From a virus (Duplodnaviria > Caudoviricetes): a stretch of 64,000 bases of DNA. Of this stretch, positions 37,065 through 46,510 are shown piece after piece. The notes under the pieces were generated by a model that was not told the DNA's origin, made no database searches, and saw only the letters and a program-made list of their open reading frames with translations. A program made the position numbers and the translations under genes. Each line of letters starts with the position of its first letter. The stretch's first letter is position 1. The DNA lies in the IMG/VR virus record IMGVR_UViG_3300028591_000166, positions 16,586 to 80,585 of that record; one strand, given 5' to 3'.

Positions 37065-38063
37065 TTATTTTTTATTTTGTTCTGCACCTATTACAGTTTT
37101 CCAATAATTTTGTTGTTGCGGTGTAAGTGTGCCATATTGTTTTGCTAATTGATATGGGTTACCTGCGTCTGTTGCAGCCATAGCACTAGCAGTAGTACCT
37201 GTTTGATTCATAGAATTAAGCCAGTTTTGATAAGCTGTTTGTTGAGCACCTGCAAGTTGTTGTTGTCCTTGAAGTACACCCATATTAGATGCAGCAATTT
37301 GATCATTAAGTGCATTAGTATTAGCAATCATTTGTTGCATATCTTGTGAAGCTATTTGTGATTCACTCATGCCTGCACGAAGTCTTGCCATACGTTCGGC
37401 TCTAACTTGATCAGTTATATTTTTAACAGTTTGAGCCTGTGCCATAGCAAGTTGTTGTGTTTGTGCATTTGCTAAATCTATAGCACCTTGAGCATTATTT
37501 TGTTCTGCTAATAATAACTGATCATATGCTTCTTTTCCTAATGAACCTTCTCTGTTCCTATCAAACAGGTTATTCCAATAATTATTATATGCTATACCTT
37601 GTGCTTCGTCAAGTCGTAATTGTTTAGCACGCTCACTATTAGGATCTAATTCTTCACCTGTGTCAGGGTCTATTATAGTATCAGCATTATTATTAAAATA
37701 TTTAGCATATTCAGGACGATCTGGGTTTTGTAATAAATCAGATATTTGTGCATCATTTAATTTTTTAGATCCTGAAGGCACTAATTGATTATTAACAATA
37801 TTTCTTATTATTTCACGGGCAGCATTTTTTGTTCTATCATATGCTGGTATATCACCAAAAGTACCATTATGAAGATAATAGTTAACTAAATACGCTACTT
37901 TAGCATCATTACCTATTTTACCACTGGCATTATATGTTATTAGTTTACCATTGACACGGGTTGTGATATTTTGTTGATTACTATTACCACCATAATATTC
38001 ACTTATATCTACGGTATGTTCTGTACCATCAGGATCTTTATATGTAAAATTTGTCCAAGCCAT
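37065..38063 (-). CDS. Putative internal virion (ejection) protein, Q/A-rich and helical (332 aa)
   Basis: Q/A/N-rich helical composition. Its position after the nozzle gene matches podophage internal proteins (inference). Confidence 0.55.
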   Translation of the reverse strand: MAWTNFTYKDPDGTEHTVDISEYYGGNSNQQNITTRVNGKLITYNASGKIGNDAKVAYLVNYYLHNGTFGDIPAYDRTKNAAREIIRNIVNNQLVPSGSKKLNDAQISDLLQNPDRPEYAKYFNNNADTIIDPDTGEELDPNSERAKQLRLDEAQGIAYNNYWNNLFDRNREGSLGKEAYDQLLLAEQNNAQGAIDLANAQTQQLAMAQAQTVKNITDQVRAERMARLRAGMSESQIASQDMQQMIANTNALNDQIAASNMGVLQGQQQLAGAQQTAYQNWLNSMNQTGTTASAMAATDAGNPYQLAKQYGTLTPQQQNYWKTVIGAEQNKK

Positions 38064-38066
38064 AAA

Positions 38067-38438
38067 TTATATTACCTCCCCTTGTTCTTCTAGTTTTTTT
38101 ATTTTTTCTTGTGCTTTAATTAGTTCTTCATACACATCTATTTGTTCTTTAGTTCCTAGTGAGAACGTATTATACATTATGAATGTATTTTCATACGTAC
38201 GCATAATACGTCCTACACCATCTATTAAACAAACTTTTAATGTAATACTGTTACTTACATACTTACTTAAATCTAATAAAATATTATTACCAACATAGCT
38301 ATCACCATCTATATATAATACAGGAGTGTATTGATTGGTATTTAATTCAAATACATATGATACTTTTGTGTTATGTATATTTTCAGGTGTATAAGGTTTT
38401 TTAATTGTTATACTATTATTTTTTAATTGTAATATCAT
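38067..38438 (-). CDS. Hypothetical protein (123 aa)
   Basis: From the ORF track. Overlaps the nozzle stop (ATGA). Confidence 0.7.
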   Translation of the reverse strand: MILQLKNNSITIKKPYTPENIHNTKVSYVFELNTNQYTPVLYIDGDSYVGNNILLDLSKYVSNSITLKVCLIDGVGRIMRTYENTFIMYNTFSLGTKEQIDVYEELIKAQEKIKKLEEQGEVI

Positions 38439-41400
38439 ACTGAATGCTCCTTATATATTAGTGTAAATCCTTGTAGTTTGTATTTACCTTTAGAATTAAA
38501 TCTTAATTTAAGATTAATATTCTTACCCATGGAAGGAATATTAGTGCTATGTGTAATAATTTTATTAGAACTAAATGAACTGAAATCAAATAATTTAGTA
38601 TTATTTCTTAATAATTCTGATGAAGTTAAACTATTAATAGGTATATCCTTAGCAAGATTATATCTATCATCTTTCTGCTCTGTAATAAAATATAGTTCCT
38701 CTTTATTAGATGCGTCTATATTTTTAAGAACAAGAGTGTCTCCCATTGTAGAACTTATATAGATATCATCAACTATAACATCTAAATTAAATAATATATC
38801 CTGTGCATCTAAGTTCTTATAAATAGTCTGTAAAGATCTAAATCTTTTCTTTAAATGATTATTAAGATATAAGATACCTGTATCAATCTCAGTTAATATA
38901 TCATGTTGAATAAATATATAGTTATCAACTGAAGTAAGATCACAGTTATTATTTAGTACATTAGGTTCAGTATAAGGTATAACAGCAGATAAATCATTAT
39001 TATAATTTCGTGTAAGAACTAAATCATACATATTAGTTTGTACAATACTCTGTGCTGTACCATATGCTATAGTGTCATATATAGTATATCTATTATTAGT
39101 TATATCATATATAAGTATATATGTATATGTATATTTTGGTACTGTGTAATAAATCTTTATGTACGAGATAGATACTGATGCTGTTATAATTACGTCATCT
39201 TTATTTTCTTTCAATATTGGATTAAAATCAGGTACATTATAATGAACAGATAACCTATCATTTATATACTTATCATAATTTAATAATATATCGTTAGCAG
39301 ATTTATTAATAAATTTTAAAGTAAATGCAGTATCAGAATCTATTGTAGCAGATGGTGCAATTAAATATAGTTGTCCATCAGCAGAATAGAATAGTATCAT
39401 ACCATTATATACTTGTATAACATCTTTATATTTTTCATCTGTGTATAGATTATACAATACTGGTAATGAATTATAAATAATAGTTTTTTGCTGAACATAT
39501 TTAGGATTACCTTGGTCATCTACACCATCTTGAACCTGTATTGTTTGTTCATATGGGAATATAGAGTACATATTTTGTGTTGTAAACACAAGAAGCATAT
39601 CTTTAAATGGTAATACTTTTACTACAGGTTCAGCAAAAGATTTTTTATTTTCTTCTCTAAAGTAATAATAATCTCCTGCTTCAGACATATATACATTGTT
39701 TTTCGACCATGTAACTAAACGATATCCTTCAACAGAATAGAATACACACCAATCTTTTCCTTCTTTAATTATTGCAGGGTCTTCATCAGGACCATTTAAA
39801 GCAAGATCTATTATATTCTCTTTGTCTGCATCTGCACCACCCTTTAAAGTTATTTGCATACTAGTAAATAAATTTGTAGATACTATAGCATATTGGCGTT
39901 GATAGATGTATGTAAAATCTAATTCAGTGCTATTAATATAATCTAGAGTAGGTAATTTCATTATATATATTACTATAGAAAGACCTTTTTCAAAATAATG
40001 TAAATTGTTTAATTGTGTTATTAAAGCATTATTACTATTGTAAGTAAAATGCAGATTCGGTATTTTGTATGTATTAAAATCCTGTGTATTAGTCATAAAT
40101 AGAGAATCTATTGGTGTATCGTATAGTACTTTATAATTATTATCTGCTATTGAATTATATGTATCTTTACCATCTTCTGTTGTATGCTCATATCCATTTT
40201 TAATATATAATGGTATACATATATTAGAAATCTTAAAATCATATTTATCTATAACAAAATTAATTATTTTATCTTTAGATAATGTATAACTATATATACG
40301 TGTATTTTTTTCATTTAAAAAAGAATAAGTAGCTTTATTATTATCTGTAGTCCATACAGGAATGTAATCAAACAGCATATCGTTTATAATATTTATATTA
40401 ATATTACTATCTTCAGAGTCGCCTAATGTGTCACGCACTAACATATTATTATTATAATAATATCCTTTATTATTCAATAAACCTATAGGTGTTGTAACTG
40501 TATCATCAGTACAAGAAGTGTAAATATAATAAGTTTTATAAGTCTTTCCATTTGGTGCATCACTTAAAAGTACTGTATTTTTATAAGATATTGTTTCTTC
40601 TGTTTGAGAACCAACAACATCTTCGTCCCAATCATATGTATTTATCTCTAAGTTAGATATATAGTCATTTAATGTTTCTTGTTCTTTTGATTCAGCATCA
40701 GATACAATTAAATTAGGAAAAAAGAAATTAATATTTTGTCTAATATCATTTATGCTTTTACCTTGATTTAGGTATTTAGTTCCGTTAAACGCTGTAAAAG
40801 AACACATCATATTATATATTAGAGCGTTTTTACATGAGATTGTATAAGTTAACTTTGTATAGAGCGGTCGTATAATAATAGGGCATAAATTATTTAAAGA
40901 ACAATTAGGTATATCATCATATTTTTTTAAATAATTTTTATACAAATCATTGTATGTTATAGGCTCTTTATCAAATATAATAACACCAGAATTTAGTGAA
41001 GATTGTGCTGAATTGTATGTTGTTGCTCCATCTGCAGTAATATCAGTATTAATAACATCATTAAGATCTAAAACATAGTAAGCTAATTGTTCTTTATATT
41101 GTTCTCCTATCTTTATTAAATCTTGAATTGTATTAATACGGCTTAAAATATTTTTAAAATATTTATTTGATTTGCTATTATATTTAGAGCTTATACTAGA
41201 TACTTTATAAGATGCATGTAATACATCGGCTAAATTATCATTATGAACATTAATAAATAAATGGTATAATTCTTCCATTAAATCAACATGAGTAATTACA
41301 TTCTTATTAATAGTTGTTGATTTATGTGTACTAGCAGCATCTGAAGTATATGGGCTATATGTATTATCTTTTTTAGGAACAATATAAATTAATTTTATAT

Positions 41401-42700
41401 CCTCATATGCTTTAGGCCACCTTGTTAATTCACCATTTTGTGTATATTTATTTGTTAATGTTGTATAGTTTTCTATATTTTTAAGTTTATATGTATTTGT
41501 ATTTAATTTAAATCTTAAATTATAAGTAGTACTAGAATCAGAACCAATTAAATTATTTTGGTTATATACAAATGATATATCTTTATTTGTACTATTATAA
41601 GTATTATTTTTATTTAAAAATATAAGATCTTTATATTTAAAATAATCTAGACAATTAGCAGGATATCTAAACAATGTGTTTTCTTCTAAATCGTATAGAG
41701 GAGATGAATATAATATATATTTAGAATTAGTATTGTTATCTGAATCTTGTGTAGCTTCAGTATAGTATAATGAAGTTATATCGGATGTTGATAATATATC
41801 ATATGAGTATACCCATAAATAATTAGTATTTAATGGAAGCAAATAAAAACTAGGCTCTATTACAAGATCCTCTAAATTATCTGTATAGTTAATAAAATAT
41901 CTATATTCTCCATTAACTATTTTATACTTATATATAATTGGAAATTTATTATATGTAACACTATCATTAAATGCGTCTTGTTCTGTTAAATATATCTTTT
42001 GTTTATCTTCTGGTACGACTGATTTATCACTAGCGATATTTCTATCTGCAATATTAACAGTATCGTCAGTATTGACTACAGTGAATAGCATAGATTCTTT
42101 AGTTTCATTATATTTAAATTCTAACCAGAATATATGTTTAACCTCTTGGTCATCTTTATAAAATACTTTAATAATATTTCTATCTACGAATAGACCATCT
42201 TTAGCGTATTGTGCTAAATGTGTGCCGATAGGTTTAATAGCATTTGTGTATTCTGCAGGAATATAATCATGTAAATAGATAATATCTTCTTCTGGTTCAG
42301 CATTAAAAACATAATTAGTTATAGGTTCAAGTATAAAATATTTTGTTTGTTCATCTACTTTAGTTAAATCTGCACGATACACAAAAGTGCCATCAGCGTA
42401 TTTACTAAAATCTATAAAGTAGTAATAACCATTAGCGTGGTCTAAATAATATATAGTAGTGTCATAATTAAGATTTATATATGGGTATGTATCAGTGCTT
42501 TCATCATGAATATGAAATGAAGTATTCATAAAACCTTTGCGTGGTTGTAAAGATTGCCCTGTATCTGATATATCGAAGTTTATTAGTTGCTTAAAATATC
42601 CTTCAGGATTAGGATCTGTTGTTGCAGACACACCACGAAAGACTGTATTATCATATATAAGTTTTTCTTTATAGCTGCTTGAATAACCTTTACGTGCCAT
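38435..42700 (-). CDS. Tail nozzle / tubular protein B-like (1421 aa)
   Basis: Starts with FRGVS...P.GYFKQLINFDI..TG.SL.PRKG, as in podophage nozzle proteins. It has beta-propeller-like repeats and an LRF.S.G.Y.L.GF.LIY terminus, and follows the adaptor gene. Confidence 0.7.
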   Translation of the reverse strand: MARKGYSSSYKEKLIYDNTVFRGVSATTDPNPEGYFKQLINFDISDTGQSLQPRKGFMNTSFHIHDESTDTYPYINLNYDTTIYYLDHANGYYYFIDFSKYADGTFVYRADLTKVDEQTKYFILEPITNYVFNAEPEEDIIYLHDYIPAEYTNAIKPIGTHLAQYAKDGLFVDRNIIKVFYKDDQEVKHIFWLEFKYNETKESMLFTVVNTDDTVNIADRNIASDKSVVPEDKQKIYLTEQDAFNDSVTYNKFPIIYKYKIVNGEYRYFINYTDNLEDLVIEPSFYLLPLNTNYLWVYSYDILSTSDITSLYYTEATQDSDNNTNSKYILYSSPLYDLEENTLFRYPANCLDYFKYKDLIFLNKNNTYNSTNKDISFVYNQNNLIGSDSSTTYNLRFKLNTNTYKLKNIENYTTLTNKYTQNGELTRWPKAYEDIKLIYIVPKKDNTYSPYTSDAASTHKSTTINKNVITHVDLMEELYHLFINVHNDNLADVLHASYKVSSISSKYNSKSNKYFKNILSRINTIQDLIKIGEQYKEQLAYYVLDLNDVINTDITADGATTYNSAQSSLNSGVIIFDKEPITYNDLYKNYLKKYDDIPNCSLNNLCPIIIRPLYTKLTYTISCKNALIYNMMCSFTAFNGTKYLNQGKSINDIRQNINFFFPNLIVSDAESKEQETLNDYISNLEINTYDWDEDVVGSQTEETISYKNTVLLSDAPNGKTYKTYYIYTSCTDDTVTTPIGLLNNKGYYYNNNMLVRDTLGDSEDSNININIINDMLFDYIPVWTTDNNKATYSFLNEKNTRIYSYTLSKDKIINFVIDKYDFKISNICIPLYIKNGYEHTTEDGKDTYNSIADNNYKVLYDTPIDSLFMTNTQDFNTYKIPNLHFTYNSNNALITQLNNLHYFEKGLSIVIYIMKLPTLDYINSTELDFTYIYQRQYAIVSTNLFTSMQITLKGGADADKENIIDLALNGPDEDPAIIKEGKDWCVFYSVEGYRLVTWSKNNVYMSEAGDYYYFREENKKSFAEPVVKVLPFKDMLLVFTTQNMYSIFPYEQTIQVQDGVDDQGNPKYVQQKTIIYNSLPVLYNLYTDEKYKDVIQVYNGMILFYSADGQLYLIAPSATIDSDTAFTLKFINKSANDILLNYDKYINDRLSVHYNVPDFNPILKENKDDVIITASVSISYIKIYYTVPKYTYTYILIYDITNNRYTIYDTIAYGTAQSIVQTNMYDLVLTRNYNNDLSAVIPYTEPNVLNNNCDLTSVDNYIFIQHDILTEIDTGILYLNNHLKKRFRSLQTIYKNLDAQDILFNLDVIVDDIYISSTMGDTLVLKNIDASNKEELYFITEQKDDRYNLAKDIPINSLTSSELLRNNTKLFDFSSFSSNKIITHSTNIPSMGKNINLKLRFNSKGKYKLQGFTLIYKEHSV

Positions 42701-42711
42701 AATGTTCTCCG

Positions 42712-44187
42712 TTATTCAGATAATTTTCTATAAGTAATATGATAAAGAGTAAAATAAATTCCTTTATTTTCTACTATATATCCATCATTAGTTAAATTAA
42801 ACGTCTCTGGTTTAATTTCATCAGCCCAGTCACACACAACTTCTACATTACTAAGGTTATAAGTACTGCCTGAATGAAGAGTTATAAACATTTTAGCTTC
42901 TGCATATGTTGAATAATTTGCTACAACATACCCTTCCTCATTCTTTATAAATGAATCCTTTCCAATCTTAAACACACTATTAGGTATGATTATTTCAGAT
43001 ACTTTAGTACCTTGTAAAGATAATACACCTTTTGTACTCCAATCAAGTTGTGTATTATTTATTAGATACATATCAACATTATGTATATTATCATTAGTAA
43101 TTAAATTAATTTTATTAGTTAAAGTATTGTTATAAGGTACTTTAGATTCACTTGCATTTCCATAGAATTCAATTTTTTCTAAATTAGGGAAATGTGTAAA
43201 GAAATTAGGCTCTATATATTTGATACCATAATATGGTACAGATATTTTAGTAATTTCTGAAACTGTAATATTATTAAAACATCCAGTATATACTAGTGCA
43301 TCTATATTAAAACCATTTACAAACTTAGGTATAATTAAATTATTATCCATAAGTTTAATAAATTTAACAGCAGTATAATTATTGTTATTAACTACATATG
43401 GTGAAGGAACACATGAGTTATACTCATTCCACAAAGCATAAACATCTATATCTTGTATAATAGTTCCTGTTGAATTTGCAGGTACGGAGCAACCAGCATC
43501 TTGATACCACCCTGCAAATGTATAATAATGCACACCATCACTAGATACAAATTCAAGATTACTGTCTACTTGTTGTAATACATAAGTATCATTATATTCA
43601 AAGTCATCGTATTCTCTTAATGTGTCAGCAGTATATATAATATCATCTTTATTGATATGGTATCTAATTTTAAATTCAGTTAACATATCTAAACCTTTAG
43701 ATGCATTATGTTTATTATGTTTATTATGTTTATTATGCTTATTATGTTCAAAATATTTGCTTGTCTCACCATGTGAGAAATCATCTGCAAAGAAAACACC
43801 TGTAGTATCATCTTGTTTAAATGTATCTGGTATTCTATTGAACTCGTTTTGGAACATAGTAAATAGTCCGTTCTCTACATCCATAGCATATTTATTATAT
43901 ATTGTTGTAAATTCTTCATCACGTGCAAGAATCTCTGATGCAATATAAGGTATAATTATAGTACGAATGTATATATCTGCAAATATAGAATAATATATAC
44001 CATCTTTTTTAAGAGCATATATAGAATTAGGTGCAGTTAAAATCTGAGACATTAATGGATACTCTGTACCTAAATAAGAATTTATTTTATGTATGGCAGC
44101 ATCTGCGTCATTTTGTATTTCAAACCAAGTAACATTATAGCCTACAGATAAACGGTTGACTTCATTAACAATGTCATCACGTGTCAT
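42712..44187 (-). CDS. Head-tail adaptor-like protein fused to an InlB B-repeat-like domain and a BspA-type LRR region
   Basis: Helical N-domain (DAAIHKINSYLG...IIIPYIASEILARDEE), then YTFAGWYQD...DIDVYALWN (B-repeat-like) and IIIPNSVFKIGKDSF (BspA LRR-like). Confidence 0.65.
   Translation of the reverse strand: MTRDDIVNEVNRLSVGYNVTWFEIQNDADAAIHKINSYLGTEYPLMSQILTAPNSIYALKKDGIYYSIFADIYIRTIIIPYIASEILARDEEFTTIYNKYAMDVENGLFTMFQNEFNRIPDTFKQDDTTGVFFADDFSHGETSKYFEHNKHNKHNKHNKHNASKGLDMLTEFKIRYHINKDDIIYTADTLREYDDFEYNDTYVLQQVDSNLEFVSSDGVHYYTFAGWYQDAGCSVPANSTGTIIQDIDVYALWNEYNSCVPSPYVVNNNNYTAVKFIKLMDNNLIIPKFVNGFNIDALVYTGCFNNITVSEITKISVPYYGIKYIEPNFFTHFPNLEKIEFYGNASESKVPYNNTLTNKINLITNDNIHNVDMYLINNTQLDWSTKGVLSLQGTKVSEIIIPNSVFKIGKDSFIKNEEGYVVANYSTYAEAKMFITLHSGSTYNLSNVEVVCDWADEIKPETFNLTNDGYIVENKGIYFTLYHITYRKLSE
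43705..43746. repeat. 9-bp tandem repeat (about 4.7 copies) encoding HNK repeats
   Basis: (T/C)TTATTATG units; the protein reads EHNKHNKHNKHNKHNA. Confidence 0.9.
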
Positions 44188-44210
44188 AAAAAATACCTCC
44201 TAATCACCTT

Positions 44211-44240
44211 ATTATAACATAATGTTATAAATAATGTAAA
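44211..44240 (-). promoter_or_regulatory. SigmaA-type promoter for the tail operon, overlapped by a 19-bp palindrome
   Basis: TTTACA (44240-44235), 18-nt spacer, TGtTATAAT. Palindrome TTATAACAT-A-ATGTTATAA at 44212-44230. Confidence 0.7.
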
Positions 44241-44245
44241 TAATA

Positions 44246-44274
44246 AAAAGACATCGTATTCTTAGTACGATGTC
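44246..44274 (-). terminator. Intrinsic terminator
   Basis: GACATCGTA / TACGATGTC stem followed by a T-run on the minus strand. Confidence 0.8.
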
Positions 44275-44316
44275 ATATGGCATAGAAAGAGAGGTCAATC
44301 TTTCTTATACCGTTAT

Positions 44317-44345
44317 ATTATAATATAGTTTTTATATAATTACAA
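44317..44345 (-). promoter_or_regulatory. Putative sigmaA promoter just downstream of the scaffold gene stop
   Basis: TTGTAA (44345-44340), 17-nt spacer, TATAAT (44322-44317). Confidence 0.5.
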
Positions 44346-44348
44346 TGT

Positions 44349-45266
44349 CTACTTTCTTGATGCAGCTTCATTTAATAGTGCGTCTAATGATAAAGAATCA
44401 TTACTATTTGTACTAGTTGCAGGTTTAGCAGGGTTTGAGATAGGTGCTACTTTTGAGTTAGCCTTTTCCCATTCGGCTTTAGCATCTGCTACTGCTTTAT
44501 CTACAGTATCTTTAGTTAATTTCTCTCTATAAATGAGATAATATAAATCTTGTAAAGACCCACCTTGTGCTAACCATTGATAAGGATTTTTCTTAACCGC
44601 AAGTGAATCTGCAAAGAATTGATTAACAGCATTTCTATCTAATTGTAAATCAATTTGCATATTAGATACTTCTCTATCCATAGCAACTTTTAATCTTTCT
44701 TTCTGTAATTCAACTTTTTCTTTTTCGATACGATCAATTTCTGCTTGGATTTCAGGAGTAATACCACGTTCAGATGCTTTACGTTCAGTATCTTTTTTAT
44801 CCATAGCTTCTATTAAAGCATCATAATCTACTTTACCATCCTCTGTTTTAAAATCTTTTAATTTAAAATCGTAATCTCCGTTGGTAAATCTTTGAATAGC
44901 AGATTCAATTCTTTCTCTAGATTTTTGTTCAGCATTAAGTTTATCTCTAACCTCTTTCATAGGATTAGGTTTGTTTTGTTTATTTGCATTAGGATCCGTA
45001 GATTGAGTTTGAGTTTGAGTTTGGTTAGGATCAGTTGTTTGATTTGGATCTTGTTGCTGATTAGGATCTGTTTGTTGGTTTGGATCTGTTGCTTGATTAG
45101 GGTCTGCTGTTTGGTTAGGATCAGTCTGTGTTGCAGCAGGATTTGTTTGTGTATTTGGATCTGTTTGAGGTGCAGGATCTCCACCAGCTGCTTCATTTAA
45201 CAAAGCATCTAACCCAATACCACCGTCACCTTCAGGTGCATAAAACTTATTAAATCTTATAAACAT
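44349..45266 (-). CDS. Capsid scaffolding protein-like (305 aa) with QTDPNQ repeats
   Basis: The N-terminus MFIRFNKFYAPEGDGG is scaffold-like. A low-complexity Q/T/D/P/N repeat tract (~45000-45180) is followed by a coiled coil. Confidence 0.65.
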   Translation of the reverse strand: MFIRFNKFYAPEGDGGIGLDALLNEAAGGDPAPQTDPNTQTNPAATQTDPNQTADPNQATDPNQQTDPNQQQDPNQTTDPNQTQTQTQSTDPNANKQNKPNPMKEVRDKLNAEQKSRERIESAIQRFTNGDYDFKLKDFKTEDGKVDYDALIEAMDKKDTERKASERGITPEIQAEIDRIEKEKVELQKERLKVAMDREVSNMQIDLQLDRNAVNQFFADSLAVKKNPYQWLAQGGSLQDLYYLIYREKLTKDTVDKAVADAKAEWEKANSKVAPISNPAKPATSTNSNDSLSLDALLNEAASRK

Positions 45267-45706
45267 TAGTCAACCACCTCACTTGTTGCTTGTTTTTTAT
45301 AATTTCTTTTTTCTTTAAGAGTGACTTTAGCATCACTAAGAGTAACCTTAGTATCACCATCTGTGTCACCAGAAGATGTGCTAGTAGTAGGATCAATATT
45401 AGTATCTACAGGTTTATTAGATACTTCTAATCTACCCATAGCTGTAGTAAGATTGATATGTTCGATCTTTGCTCTTAATTCTAACAAATGTAAATACTCT
45501 CCCATAACTGATTGTTGTTGTTTAAGTAAGTCTAACGGACAATCATGTTTAGGTTCTTCCATTCCTGTTAATCTTGCTACTTCAATTCTTTGATTAAATG
45601 TTTTTAATTTTTCATATCTTGTTTTTAATTGTATATACTCTGCTACAAATCTATCTTTGTAATATTCAGAATTCATTAATGTTATAGTATCTTTTAATTC
45701 AACCAT
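45266..45706 (-). CDS. crAss001_48-like helical hairpin protein
   Basis: RFVAEYIQLKTRYEKL...LLKQQQSVMGEYLHLLELRA pattern, recalled from that family. Confidence 0.6.
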   Translation of the reverse strand: MVELKDTITLMNSEYYKDRFVAEYIQLKTRYEKLKTFNQRIEVARLTGMEEPKHDCPLDLLKQQQSVMGEYLHLLELRAKIEHINLTTAMGRLEVSNKPVDTNIDPTTSTSSGDTDGDTKVTLSDAKVTLKEKRNYKKQATSEVVD

Positions 45707-45719
45707 TTGTTTCCTCCTA

Positions 45720-46157
45720 TTATTCTACTGCTATTGCTTTTGCTTCTGCGCAACAAGATGATTCTTTTTGATAGTTCTTATATAGTTCATCCATTTCTTG
45801 TTTATCTATAACACAACTACATGGAAGTTCTAAATAATTAGATCCTTTATAATTTTCTACATAACTATAACGTCTAAATACATCTTTTTCAGTTTTACAA
45901 CCTTTTGATTGTAGCCAATATGGTGTATCGACACATACAAGAATATCTGCTTGAGCTAATAATTGTATAGATTTTCCTAAATACCATACAGCTTCATTTT
46001 GAGTAGTATATGGAGGTTTTTCTTTAACTATAGTATTGATGAATTCAATATCATCTCCTAATGCTACTTTAGCTATTGCCTTCATTTTTTCTAAAGACTT
46101 TTCAATGTTTTCTTTTGTCCTATTTTTCATAGGTACTGATAAAAATACTTTTTTCAT
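45720..46157 (-). CDS. DUF4406 / nucleoside 2-deoxyribosyltransferase-like protein
   Basis: KVFLSVPM ... SIQLLAQADILV ... W..SKGCKTE, including the Glu typical of the NDT fold. Confidence 0.7.
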   Translation of the reverse strand: MKKVFLSVPMKNRTKENIEKSLEKMKAIAKVALGDDIEFINTIVKEKPPYTTQNEAVWYLGKSIQLLAQADILVCVDTPYWLQSKGCKTEKDVFRRYSYVENYKGSNYLELPCSCVIDKQEMDELYKNYQKESSCCAEAKAIAVE

Positions 46158-46510
46158 TTTTTCTCCTTAATTTTATTTAATATGATTTGATATGCTTTTG
46201 CTTGTATTAAGCATTTTTTCATTTGAGTTTCTATATACTCTATAATAGAATTATCTACATCTGCAATGAGATCATAATTATCTAGAGCAATAAGTAACTC
46301 AGTTAGACTAACAGAATCCGCTTTAAAAAATTCTGTTTTTATTGTTGTAGATTCTTCTAATTTTATTGAAGGAAGTTTCTTCCCTGTTTTAACTTTAGAT
46401 ATATAAGATGTTGATACACCTAAACGTCTTGCTATAGACTTATTAGATTCACCTAAAGCTAATGCTATTAATATCTTTTGATCAACTTCATATGGTATCT
46501 TAGGTTTCAT
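46154..46510 (-). CDS. HTH DNA-binding protein (118 aa)
   Basis: GESNKSIARRLGVSTSYISKVK helix-turn-helix. Confidence 0.8.
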   Translation of the reverse strand: MKPKIPYEVDQKILIALALGESNKSIARRLGVSTSYISKVKTGKKLPSIKLEESTTIKTEFFKADSVSLTELLIALDNYDLIADVDNSIIEYIETQMKKCLIQAKAYQIILNKIKEKK

